Source: Azolla caroliniana (lineage: Eukaryota; Plantae; Polypodiophyta). From it: a stretch of DNA of 64,000 nt. The notes below the pieces were generated by a model that made no database searches, was not told the DNA's origin, and worked only from the letters and a program-made list of their open reading frames with translations. The stretch lies in NCBI GenBank assembly GCA_043228905.1, contig JBHGNT010000012.1:18910001-18974000 (forward strand), written 5' to 3'. The translations under genes were made by a program, and so were the position numbers. Below are positions 34,101 through 46,875 of this stretch, one piece after another; positions within the stretch are counted from its first letter, which is position 1; each line of letters starts with the position of its first letter.

Positions 34101-35375
34101 TCTTACCTCTACCTCGATTGCTCCCCCTGCCTCTGATGTTGTTTCTTCCACTTATAGCTTGTTGTCCTCAAATTGATGTTGGTTCTAGCTAAACCAAATC
34201 TTTCATGGCCTCGTCCTCGGCCTCTTCCAGCTCTATTGTAGAGGGCTTGCCCCTCAGTCTCAGAGTTTCCTTTGTTTACATCATCCATCTGATTTCTTTC
34301 TTCCACTACAAGCATTGAAACTTAGGATGCTAACCCTTGTGAGAATAGATGTTTTGAAGCTTTTATATTGATGTCCTAAGCCTCTTAAGCATATTTCCAC
34401 CTTATCATCATCTTCTACCTTCACATTAATAGAAGCAAGTGATTCACATATGCTCTTTATTTTCAAAGCATACTCATTAATTGACATCTTACCTTTTTCC
34501 AAGGTATTTAGCTCAATCTTCAATTGAAGCTTTCTAGCCTTTGTGTTCACTGCAAACAATTTTACCAAACCGTCCCAAGCTTCTTTTGGAAGCATAGCAT
34601 CTTGTATGTGTCCAAGCATCGAATCTGAGATGTTAAGCGAGAGTCAATGCAATACTTTCCTTGCCCCTTGATTCCATTCCTTAAATGCTTTAATCTGTGC
34701 AGCAGTTGCATTTTCTTCAGGGAACTTTGGAGCCTCTTCTAGGTCTCCTTCAATGTAATCCCAGTATCCTTTTCCCATCAGGAAATTTGTCATTCTAAAT
34801 TTCCACGCAGGGAAATTGTTTTTGTCCAACTTTTCTGTGACTATTTTGCTTCCATTCTCAGCAACCATTCTCTCTTTCAAATTAGGGCTTTTGCTACGCT
34901 TAACTTCACATATAACTTTCTGATTCAAAACAGCAACCAGAAACAAACTTCTCAGATCTGTATTGTTCCTCTTTACGTGCAACTCTACTCTAATACCATG
35001 TTACGAAGGCGCTCCGGCTCTTTTTTGTGCGCAACAGATCGTGATGTGTTGGATCGTTTAGTGTGCTCAAGACAGAAAAGGAAGGGGAAGGAGACTTACC
35101 TCTGTAGCAAACCCAAAAGGCTTCTTCTATTTCATTAAACGCAGAGCTCAACTCACTCTCGTCAATTTTCTGTTTTTCTGTTCTCTCACTCTTACAACTA
35201 CTACTCCTTTTTTACCTAAGCTATAAGTGACTTATATATGCATCTAATAGTTGTGAGTAGCTAAATAGTTGTTTTACTTATATATCCACTAGTAGCTAAT
35301 TTCCTAATAGCTACTATAGAATATCTTACTTCTCAATAAGCATCACATACCTTTTGTTGAGCTTGTTTCTCAACA
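31120..35375 (-). mobile_element. Degenerate Ty1/copia element, 5' part
   Basis: LTR 34999-35375 (TGTT...AACA); PBS TGGTATTAGAG (iMet-like) 34988-34998; gag CWYCGKPDHTQAEC; PR WYVDSGASNHM; INT PQQNGVAER; [11 protein letters not shown]; INT lies before RT. Confidence 0.93.
32998..33556 (+). mobile_element. Internally deleted chromovirus-like element D inside the copia
   Basis: 20 nt of 5' LTR, about 60 nt of internal sequence ending in PPT AAAGGGGAGGATAA, full LTR 33080-33556 (TGTCA...TGACA). The copia frame RQGR|MFVLD is interrupted. Confidence 0.85.
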
Positions 35376-36299
35376 ATATATGTGTGGACTCTGGAGGATG
35401 CAACCAAGCTAGAAATGGGCAATCATTTAGTCGAGAAAATGACCTATGTTGAAGTAATGGAGGAAATGTTCAGATTGTAAGTGTTGCATGGTTGTAGTTG
35501 ACGATGGTTGAAGACAAAGATGAGTCGGGGAATGATTCATCAAGAGATTATATTATGAAGAGTGTTGATGATAAACTAATGCATGAGATGTGTAAGGATG
35601 GATAGCGGACGTTATGATTAGTGGATGTGGAAGTGCGGGGCAAAAAGGGCATTTGTGGGATATGGGGGGGTACTATGCATTCTGTTAGTGTTAGTAGTGA
35701 TATTGAGGTTAGTGTGACTATTAGGAAGTACATTTGGGACCCTAGGGGTTTTGGAATTGTCGTGATCATTGATGTCACCCTCGTGTTGTTATCATTGTCA
35801 ATGTATGAGAACCAAACAATTGTAGGTTAGCTTTGTAGTGTGGGCCTCATCCCATTTAGTTTCTTCTTTGCCATATCAATGAATTACTATGTACATATAT
35901 AGTTAGAGTAGGTCTTTAAGAAAAGTGTGAGAATCTGGAAGTGTCTTTTGAATTCAAATTCCACACTAACTTTGTTGGAGAACTGTATAAGAAAAGCACT
36001 GAAGAGTGGTACCTCACTCTGTCTTAGTTTTTGTGTATTTTGTTGGCTCTCATTGATAGTGCATCATCTAGGTTTAAACACCCATTTAACTTAATATAGC
36101 TTATATTGGTTCTATTATTGTTAAGTTTCCTCTTGAGTATAATCTAAGTTGAAAATTGTTCATTATTCTTGAGTATAATAAACTTGTGTCCTTCCTTGCA
36201 TACCTTGCATGCCTTTATATTTTATTCATTTTGATGCCATAATGCAACTCCAATACCTAACATGTATGATCCAATGCAACGGAGTGGTGAGGGCCCTAT

Positions 36300-37700
36300 G
36301 AGAGTTAATACTCATGTTAGTAATCAGATAAGTTTGAATACAATCAATAGGCATTCTTGCCTTACACTGAACCCAACATTCACGGTTGATGTTTCCAATG
36401 TAATGTTCTAATTTTGTCCTTTTAGCATCTTCCCACTTCTACCTTAGTAGGTTTGTTAACTTTTCCTCAACAACTACATATCACATAACATTGCTCAAAA
36501 AGCTCTAAGAGATCTTCCACCCACAATCTTTTGAACCATTTATTTATTTCACCCACCCAAGCATGTGAGAGAATTTTGCTCTCGTGATTTGTAGTTTACA
36601 TCCAACATTTTACGCAATGTGGCATATTCTTGACATTTATAATGCATCTATATACTCTTTATAATGCCAACACCTCTATTGGTCAAACACATGTTTCCAA
36701 GATTTAACTCCAAATTGTATCCTTAAAAGCATATTTTGAACCTTCTCAACCTCATTCCATGCATTAGGAGAGATACTAACACTCCACACTTCTACTCCAT
36801 AAAGCAAGCCTCAAGTTACCATGGATTATATAATATTAGTTTCACTTGCCATCCATGAATATCGTTGTGGTTGCGTTGATTTTCAATATTCATACTAAAA
36901 CTTCCAAGTACTTCATAATTCCTTTACAACGTGATACCAATGAACTCTGCAACTTTACCGTGCACCTGGTTCTTCAATTTGTTCTTTCTATCTATGCGTT
37001 TAAAGAATATTCCACGAAAAGATAATTCAAAATTTAGTATGTAAATCTACCATAAACTTGTTATTTTATGCCTAGCAATTTTATGTATCATCCATTTTTG
37101 TCTTGTTATTAAGTGTGTTGTTTATTAATTCATGTTTTGTCTTGCATTTGAAGGCACATGATGTGTTTTTTGAGTTAAGATTTTCTTGTCTTAAGTAAAT
37201 GTAAGGATGTTGTTGTATCCATTCACTATTTCACAAAACATGGGAGGGCACTCGAACTTGAAATAGTCATTTCAGAAATATATCAAGAGCACCTTTAACT
37301 ATCAAAATACAATTATGGGATCAATCACTCACTTAAAGCATCGAGAAAGGCACTAATAAAGGAGACCATTTCTACATGCAAAGCCTTGATGGCCAACCAA
37401 ACATAGGCCTTTACAATCCACTTCTTTCGATCAACGACATGTTTTTATGAGCATCAAACAAATGTAACCTCAAGTTGTAAAACATATTCAATGTCATGCT
37501 CTAACATACATGCCGTATCGTAACATGGTGTGAGTGTTTTTCTTTTCTTTTCTTGTGGTTATAGATTATTGTTGGTTTGTAAAAGAAGAACACTTGGCTT
37601 CATGCGTCTACTAGCCTCAATTGCTCTCATAATAACCTTCACTTTCGAATATTTTGGACTTGGAAAATGGAAGAGAAATGGTTAGGCTTAGTTTCTCCAA
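36300..37700 (-). mobile_element. Highly degraded LINE remnant
   Basis: The minus strand near 36740-36810 reads LLYGVEVWSVSISPNAWNEVEKVQ, similar to FIYGVEVWGDIISLSAWNEIDKIQ in the 48.9-kb LINE. Boundaries approximate. Confidence 0.6.
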
Positions 37701-38978
37701 AAATGTAGAAAATTTCAAAACATGTATAAGCAAGTTAAGGAAGAAGGCTAGACTTCACCTTTGGATATGAATCAATCTACAAACATTGTAGTTTGAGTTT
37801 CTAACGAAACCATTGTTGAAACGTCATTTTGTGTGTATATATAGAAAGAGAACTAACTAAAAATAAATGGGACAAACGTGGATCCATCATTAAATCAACA
37901 TGAGAGAGGCAAAGTCAATAGAAAATGTGCCGACATAAATGTTGAATTAGACAAGTTGGTTATCGTTAAATTTAACATTGGATGGATAAAATATCAAGCG
38001 CACACAATTTGTGAACAAGAAGCCGCGGTCCACAAGATGCAAACATGGCCATACATTCGCTAACATTTCATAATGAAATGAATGTGGATTGAGTTCAAGG
38101 TATGTCTCACCGTGCATGCATTGTTATAGTTTCCCCGCCACATCAATTAGTTTGAAACATTTCCATATGTTAAGCATTGTCTCCCTCCTACATCTATTGG
38201 TCATTTTTATTACTTACCAATAGGCTCATCATCATTACCTTGTATTACCCATCAATAAGCTCGTCTCCTCATGTCATGCATCTCTTTCTACCGCTCTATC
38301 GAGTGCATACGCTATTAGATGATCTCGCTAACCAGATCGGTCAGAGATCAAAACATGAGGTGCAGGAAAGGCAAGGGGAATATGGATGACAAGATTGATT
38401 GATGATGGGAACGAGAATGTTGGGAAATGGTGACAAACATGCATAATTGATCATGCAAAACAAATACAAGCATGATGGCGAAAGTCAACACTGGACATGA
38501 TCATATCAAACTTGATCCGATGGGGGCGTAGGGAAGGACCATTAATGTATGGGAAGGATCCGAGGTCAAACAAGGCAAAGCATTGTCTCACTTTACCATA
38601 GCCGATAAGCAACATTAATCGTCTTGATTGCGCTAGTGAAGCAGCAGGTTCATCCAGCACATTGGGTTCTTCCTCGCAAGCAAAGCAAGCAAGCAACTTC
38701 CATCGTATTATCCATCGATTTGCTACATACTTTCAACCTCATCTCTCACCAAACTATGGGGTTGCACGATGATTTGCACGGGCCAGTGGAGGGACATACT
38801 AGCTAGCATGGTGAGTGACGAGGTCGAGCTCGGAGTGTTGTTCTGGATGAGTCTGATTCCATACACGCACACGTGCACACACACGCACACACGCACGCAC
38901 ACACACACATACACACATGGTCATCATGATGGAGGCAGAGACATGGTCAAGTAAGTTGGTTGGTTGGTTATGCCCAAT

Positions 38979-39372
38979 GAGAGAGAGAGACATAGAGAGA
39001 GAAAGAGAAGGGAGAGAGAAGAGAGAGAAGTGTCTCTAAAGATAGAGAAGGAAACACAGAGACACACATAGACATAGAGAGAGAGAGAAGAGAGAGAGAA
39101 GTGTCTCTAAAGATAGAGAAGGAAACACAGAGACACACATAGACATAGAGAGAGAGAGAAGGGAGAGAGAAGAGAGAAGTGTTTCTAAAGATAGAGAAGG
39201 AAACAAAGAGACATACACATAGACATAGAGAGAGAGAGAGAGAGAAGAGAGAAGTGTCTCTAAAGATAGAGAAGGAAACACATAGACATATAGAGAGAGA
39301 GAGAGAGAGAGGGAGGGAGAGAGAAGAGAGAAAGAAGAGAGAAGTGTCTCTAAAGATAGAGAAGGAAATAGA
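38979..39372 (+). repeat. GA-rich minisatellite with 5 copies of the core GAAGTGTCTCTAAAGATAGAGAAGGAAA
   Basis: Direct inspection; units about 70-90 bp with variable (GA)n spacers. Confidence 0.9.
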
Positions 39373-39458
39373 GAGCAGAGCCTTCTATTGAAATTTGGCA
39401 GACATATATACACCCACCCAAGCAGCTATGGCCACCATCAACGACCTTTGAACCTCCG

Positions 39459-39460
<2 letters not shown>

Positions 39461-39548
<88 letters not shown>
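39461..39548 (+). repeat. (TC)n microsatellite upstream of the CHY-RING start codon
   Basis: About 44 perfect repeats. Confidence 0.95.
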
Positions 39549-39552
<4 letters not shown>

Positions 39553-39614
39553 TGGGTATATTTTATATAGCCCATCCCCTGTTTTTGTTGTTTTAATTCC
39601 TTGATCTCCTTCCA

Positions 39615-40082
39615 ATGGACGAGCTGATTGATCTCAAATCGAATCGTGACAGAGGAAGAATGCAACACGGGTTTGTCTCGCGCGCCCATTCAACTGTTTC
39701 TCGATTTTTAGGGTTTTCTGTTCTTTTCAGGGGAAGGGAGGGGGATTCCTCATTGGTGTTCTGTGCCGTCTGGGTTTTCTTCTTTCCATCTGTACATATT
39801 TGTATCTGGGTTTTCTTCCCCTCTTCTTTAATTAGAATTAGGGTTTTGTCATGAGAGATTTTCTGGTAAGTTTCTGTCGTTTTTTTCTTGTGTTTTGAAT
39901 TTACTCCTTTTCTTTTCTCTTTCTTTTTTTTCAGTTGTTCTCACTATCGAAGGAGGTGCAAGATCCGCGCACCCTGCTGCGATGAAGTTTTCAATTGCCG
40001 CCATTGCCACAATGAAGCAAAGGTTTGATGACTCTTCTGCTATCCCCATAACCATAGAAATTGATTGTTATGCATACATACA

Positions 40083-40113
<31 letters not shown>

Positions 40114-42352
40114 TTGTGAAAATACGTAGATGTAGCTGTTTTCATATGGAAATGTATGTGTGTATAAATAAATGCATGCGTACCAAAGGCATGTGTATAT
40201 GCATGTATGTTGCCTACATGGGTCATTTCAATCCGCCTTACTCTGTTTTGCTCTAATCAGGCCAAAGAGAAAGACACCGCCAGTCGCCATGAAATCCATC
40301 GCCACAAAGTTGAGAAGGTAAGCATCTCCCTCTCTCTCTCTCTCTCTCTCTAAACATCTGAAAAATCATTGCAGCACATGCATTGAAACCATGATCATGA
40401 AATTTTAGGAAACCTAGAGCTTTTTTGTGTTAGTATTGATGATGTGAATTCACTATAATTTGTAATCATGATCTGTCTAATAGGCTGATTTCGGCCTCTA
40501 TAGACATTTATATCTCTCTCTCTATATACATGTTTTTATCTCATATATGGCTATGGAATCCTTTAGAGATACATGCTAATACAAGGTTCTAAAGCTCGTT
40601 TTCAGGTTATTTGTTCTCTCTGCAACACTGAACAGAATGTAAGTGAAGTTTTGTCCCTCTCTTACATAATTTTCAAGACTGCACATATAATCTCTATTTC
40701 AGGTGTCATCTCTGTCATGTGTATTAACATACACAATTGGCTGCATAATTCACTCACTCCCAGAGTATATATAAGCGGAACTTTAACTTTCTGTTTCCTA
40801 GGTTCAACAAACATGCAAAAACTGCGGAGTCTGTATGGGGGAGTACTTCTGTGGCAAGTGCAAATTCTTCGATGATGATGTAACTCCTTTATGCTATACC
40901 TATTCGCTTGTGTGTATAATCATAGATTTTCCGCAAGTTTGCAGAGAATAATGAAATGAAATGTTCTTATATGTTATAATAACTTCTTGAAAAGGCCAAA
41001 AGTACCAGCAAGACCAAAGAAGTTGAGATTTTGGTATAATATCTGATAATAAGATAGAAAAAGAAAAGACACCTAGCTTATGTAGAATAAAAATACTTTT
41101 ACTGTATTTACTACAATCTTTATGGCTCTTCATGAATCATTGGTGGTGATATGTGGCTGTTGATTGTTATATCTCTCCAGCTCACCCACTTGACTAAGTT
41201 CTGTGGATCTTTGTTTTGCAGATTTCAAAGGAGCAGTTCCATTGTGATGCTTGTGGCCTTTGTAGGTAAATCTTTCGATTTTCTGCTCTTTTTTTCTAAA
41301 GAATAACATGTGCTAGATATGTTGTGATTGTTTGTATCTACTTTACACAAATATCTGTAATTATTATTTGATTCTGTATCAGGATTGGCGGCAAGGAGAA
41401 TTATTTCCATTGTGAGCGCTGTGGTAGGTCCTTCATCGCTTAACATATTCCAAGCTTCTTTCACTATGTATTAAATGTAACTTACCATATTCGAAATTAT
41501 GTTTTAGGCTGTTGCTATTCCACACAATTACAGAATAAACATCAATGCGTAGAGAACTCAATGCAGCATAACTGTCCAGTCTGCTTTGAGGTATATGTAT
41601 GGATAAACATTTTTTCTATCACAATCATGAAAAGCCTTATGTTCATTCTCTAATATACTGACATATGTGCTGATGTCTTGGATGGCAGTATCTTTTTGAT
41701 TCTTTGAAAAGTATTGCTGTCATGCCATGTGGTCACACAATGCATTGTGAATGCTTAGAAGAGATGTGCGCACATTTACAGTAAGTTATTTCTATGAAGG
41801 GCATTAGTACATAAGTCTTTATGTTGTGTTTGATCAAGTTTGGTGTTAATGTTGTACGTGACACTGAATTTGTAACAGATATACTTGTCCAATTTGCTCC
41901 AAATCTCTTTGTGATATGTCTGAAGTGTGGGAACAGCTAGATCAGGAGGTATTTGCTATTTAAACTTCATCCTATTTTCATTTAGTGGAGATTTTATCAT
42001 TTTCAAGGTACACCTTGGAGTAGTAAAGAACAAGGTGATTATTGATTGCATTATTCGAAATTTCACAGATCGCTGCAACACCGATGCCTGAAGTGTACCA
42101 AAATAAATTGGTACATCACTCGGCCACTCTCACATTGATCTATTTTGATTTGTGTGTATACCTGTTAGGGAATGAACAGCCATGAATCATATGCATTTTT
42201 TTCATTTAAATTTGCAGGTTTGGATACTATGTAATGATTGTAGTGCCAATTCAGAGGTTCCCTTTCATGTTATTGGTCATAAATGCTCCAGCTGCAACTC
42301 ATACAATACCCGTCAAACCAATGGTCATCTGTTAAGCGGCAGATCAGAATGA
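39615..42352 (+). CDS. CHY zinc finger / CTCHY / RING-H2 / zinc-ribbon E3 ubiquitin ligase (CHYR1/RZFP34/MIEL1, Pirh2-like family), 12 exons
   Basis: Exons 39615-39670, 39935-40022, 40261-40317, 40606-40638, 40802-40879, 41222-41265, 41383-41423, 41508-41590, 41689-41780, 41879-41948, 42069-42110, 42218-42352; all GT-AG and in phase; [46 protein letters not shown]. Confidence 0.95.
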
Positions 42353-43862
42353 TAATCTGGACTATGTATCTTGTTGTTTCCAAAGCATTGGCTCTGTATG
42401 TAATACTAACGCATAGACCTAGTTGGAAACCATACCTTTTATTTGATTGAAACCTTATATGATTGGACTGAGCAAGAATGCTCTCAATTGATTGTATTCA
42501 AAGAAAGTAGCTCTGAAATGTATAAACCTATCCATCTTTAAGATGTCTTTATTTCATAACGCGGTGTACTTGGTACTCACTTGTATACTGTAAGTACTGT
42601 AAGGTTGCATGTTTTAATCTTGTAAACAAGAGAATTGTTTGGGAACAAAATAGCCAAGATATCAGCTCATAAATAGTACATGAACGATAGACTGATTCAA
42701 TGCATTAATTCAATACAACCCCCTAGCTATATGTAAACATCAGTATCTCTAGACATATGACCATAAACCATAGGCTACTTTCTTGGATCATAAATATGGT
42801 AAGCTGTAGCTCCATACACACTCCTATCTAGGAGGATAAATGCAAGAATCTTCGTATGTAATACGATGAGACAAAATACTAAGTTGGATTCATACTATGT
42901 GAAGCATTAACTTGACCTAGCTTGGAGCTAATGCAAGAAAGTAAGTTTGGCATCAAGACTCCACAGAATATAGAATCTACCTCTGGGGCAAATAAAAACA
43001 GATTGTACTCACAGCAGAAGTGAAACTTTGTGTTTTCACTTTTGGCAATCACATGTTCATGTGAGAATAGAAATAGCGAATATCATCATAACAGTAGCAT
43101 TACAAATTATATGATACATATCGTTAGCTGGTAGCTAAAGCAAAGATAATGCAAGAAACATAGTGTTGGCAAAAAGAATCTGACCTTAAAGAAAACTTTT
43201 CAATGTATAATACAGAACATACTCGTCATTTTAAGCACATAACGCGACACTTTTTCAGCAGAAGCATAAGTTGAGTTCCGTAACATACAAGATGAGAACT
43301 ACAACCTCCCTTTAAATTACGTATAGAACATATATACTGATGTGAAAATGGAAATAACACTATAATTAGTACCATGAACCATAAATACTTGGTTGGATCC
43401 ACATTATGTAACACAACTAACTTCATACCTTTAGCTAAGAGCTATAGCAAGGATACATGCAAGAAATATAGCATTGGCATCAAGACTTCAAAAAATTATG
43501 GAACCTCCAAGCTTTTTAAAGATAAACTGTCATGCAATACAGAAGATGGCAAACATTTTGAGAAAAAAAAATTTACACCAGAAGTATATCTTAGGTTCCG
43601 TGATACACAAGGAAAACGCTACTACACCCTCATTTACAGAATGTATAGATTATTTATATCCTGAGGTGATAGTATTTCACACTTGCCATCCACTCTTTGA
43701 AATTTTCATGTAGAAACAATCAAAGAAGTTTAGTACACTTTCCCACTATCATCCATGAATATCATAATGATACAAAATAATCATGATTTCTAGCATATGG
43801 AAAGATATAAGCAAAGTAACTACTTCAGATCAAACTCATGTATGTGTTCTGACATTTATGGG

Positions 43863-46809
43863 CTATGAATTCACTACCCAGCCTTTTCTCCATGAGGGAT
43901 AGTCTTCACCTCCTTGTACCACCTCTCTAATGCCAGGTCCATACTCTTCTTCTAAGCCATAGTCCTCGCCATAATATTTGTCTAGTAGTTCATTTGTCAT
44001 ATTTTTCAGCTCTTCATTTTCATGGAACTCCAAGACCTCCAATGCAGCAAGGCCATCCTCTTTCTCCACTAGCTTTGGACCTTGACCATTTGGCAATGCC
44101 CTCATTACCTGTCAAAGTACAGTCTTTATCTCTGTATGTGTGCATGGATGGATAGATGTGTGCATCCACGCATACAGTCATGCATGTATGTATACAGACA
44201 CAGCAGGTATGCATGCGTGCTTGTATGTATGTATATAGAGACAATCACGTACACAAATAAACTGAAATTTACTTAATATATGACAGTTCAAACTTTGAAT
44301 AGTAATATTTACCAGCTCTAGAAATTGTAATCCCAGTCGTGATGCTTCCACATCAGGAGACTTGACAAGGTTAATGAATCCTGGCAAACATCCTCTCTCT
44401 AGAAGGATTGTCAAGTGATCCATTATAGGATGAGGCACCTTTGATTCTCCCGCAGGCATAACACACAGATTTCCAAGGGCATAAGCAGCTTCTTTCCTCA
44501 CATCAAATGTTGATGTTGCCAACAAGTGAAGCAAGGCTGGCAATATAGCACTACAGAACACTAACTGTTTATGTTGCAAAGAACCAGCAACAATGTTTGA
44601 AATAACCCATGCAGCTTCCTGAAACGAAAATATGAAACAAAACAAAAACGTGAGACCTAAACTAATATGTGATGTTAAAGTTTCTAGGCAAAGACCTTCT
44701 GTAGAGTACGGTGTTCACTTTGTAGGCAACGGGATAGACTTTCGAGGATTCCACCTACATTACAAATACAAGTAGTTAATCACATGCATAGAGACTCAAT
44801 GGTGTGGCATGCCCACATTCCAAAAACTAAAGGATCAATATTATGGTGCGCATAATCGCATTACTAACAGGAAAATACCAAAACAATCTTTGTAAGTAAA
44901 TAGCAGGAGCAAACATCAGAACCATTCCCCACTTGTTGGGTTAAGTTCTTGAAAATGCCAGATATCCCTATGTAAGGCTATAGTGGGGTATTCTAATAGC
45001 TTTTAGAAACTTTCAGGTATTTTGGTAAATATGTCAAAACGTTAGTGGTATTTTGGAATTTTCCCCTATATCTTTTACTTGCAAGGCTCAGCTCAAATAT
45101 TACTACAATGAATAGCTTTCATAAAGATGAAAACATGTTTAAACGGTGAAGAATGATGTTAGATCGTAGGAGCAAACACCAGAACCATCCTCCACTCGTT
45201 GGGTGTATACCAGAATACTATTAAGTTCTAATAAAATACCAGCGCATTTCGATGTAAGACTAGAGGGATATTCTCGTAAATTTAGAGATTTCCAGGTATT
45301 CAGGTAAATATGCCAACAATTACTGGTATTTTGGTATTTGCCCCTATTATTTACTTGCAAGGCTCAGCTCAGATATTACTACAATGAATAGCCATCATAA
45401 CGATTAGTACACATTTCAAAGGTGAAGAATGTTAGGTACCTGGATTTCCTGTTGCTGCATCAAACAACGCCTCTGTGTTGCTATTATCGCCCGCCACAAA
45501 GTTCCCAATACTTCTAAGGACCTGTGGAACATTATGAAATAAACTCCACAAGAAAATAAATTTTAAATTTTAGAATATTCATTGTGTAAAAGTAATCCCT
45601 GAGGAGCTTGGACAGTATTCCTAACTGGAGTCAACAATGATAACTTTTGTGATGTTGATAGCTGACTAATGAGTGGTGGAAGGAGACCAGATTTAATTAA
45701 TATTTTGGATTTTGTATCGACTAATGACGTAAGGTATACTACCACCCATGCAACCTCCACTGCAAGATCCTCATCCCTAAATAGGAAAAAACACAAACAA
45801 TGGTGATTATTCTTCTCTATGATCAAATATTCAATTACATGCCTTCAGATACACAATGCTGCACAATGCACCCTACCTCTCTATATACCTCCTCATGCAT
45901 ATGGCAGCAACAAAAAGTAAAGGAGAAAGCCTCTGAACTTAAATATACAAGTTAAAATAATGAAAGAATATTTGGTACCCTTTTGCGATATGATGAGTGA
46001 GGGCTTGTGGTAAACCATCTAGCTTTAAAAGTTCCATTGCAGCTTTTGGATTCGGTCCCTGAAACAGAATGCGTGCCTCTGAATTTTGTTCAGAGAAAAG
46101 ACACTTTGTGACCCTAATTATGTCAACCAAACTCATACTGCAAAGGTGAATACAACTAGAGATTTTACAATTTAAGCATATTCAGGCTAATAATGATATC
46201 ATATGCTTATAGAAGAAAGTGGGACACATTGCTCACCCTCTTGGGTTTGCCTAGTTTTGGGAAAAAAATTGCCTCTAGAAAAATCCCATACACCTTGTTC
46301 ATTTCCCTAATGCATAATTGACAGCTCATTCTTTTCAAAACCCAGCTGTAGGTTTCATTTTGAACCACCTTCCAGTCCTGCTGCACTCATCATTTTGCCC
46401 AGATAGTCATGGTTTCTAGGGCCATTCAGGGCCTCAGCCTTGTGAAAGGTATTAGACAGTTTGTTAAAAAAACTTGGATTTCCACTATTCAACAGTAAAG
46501 CATCTAAAAACCATATTATGTTATTTCTCCTTACTGTCCATTCATTATTAAAATAGAAATATGAAGGAATTCCTACTAATTACTTACTCAATCTGATAAT
46601 TGGCTATACATGTGAGTTACCTTGATGAGGTTAGATAATGCCCATGCAGCAGTCTTTGCTAGGCCAGGTTTATTGGAGATTAACAACCTGCCTAATGGAA
46701 TCAATGCTCCTTGTGAAATTAAGATATCCCTTGTTTGTTCTCCTTCACCAGCTACATTTCCAACTGCCCAGGCACACTGCTCTGCTACTGGGGCCGCACT
46801 TCTTTCTGC

Positions 46810-46875
<66 letters not shown>

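Noticed and set aside
38979-39372. CRISPR-like repeat-spacer array
   Set aside because: Spacers are related GA-rich microsatellite sequence, the context is eukaryotic and there are no cas genes
39385-39689. ER/LS-repeat ORFs
   Set aside because: Translations of the (TC)n microsatellite
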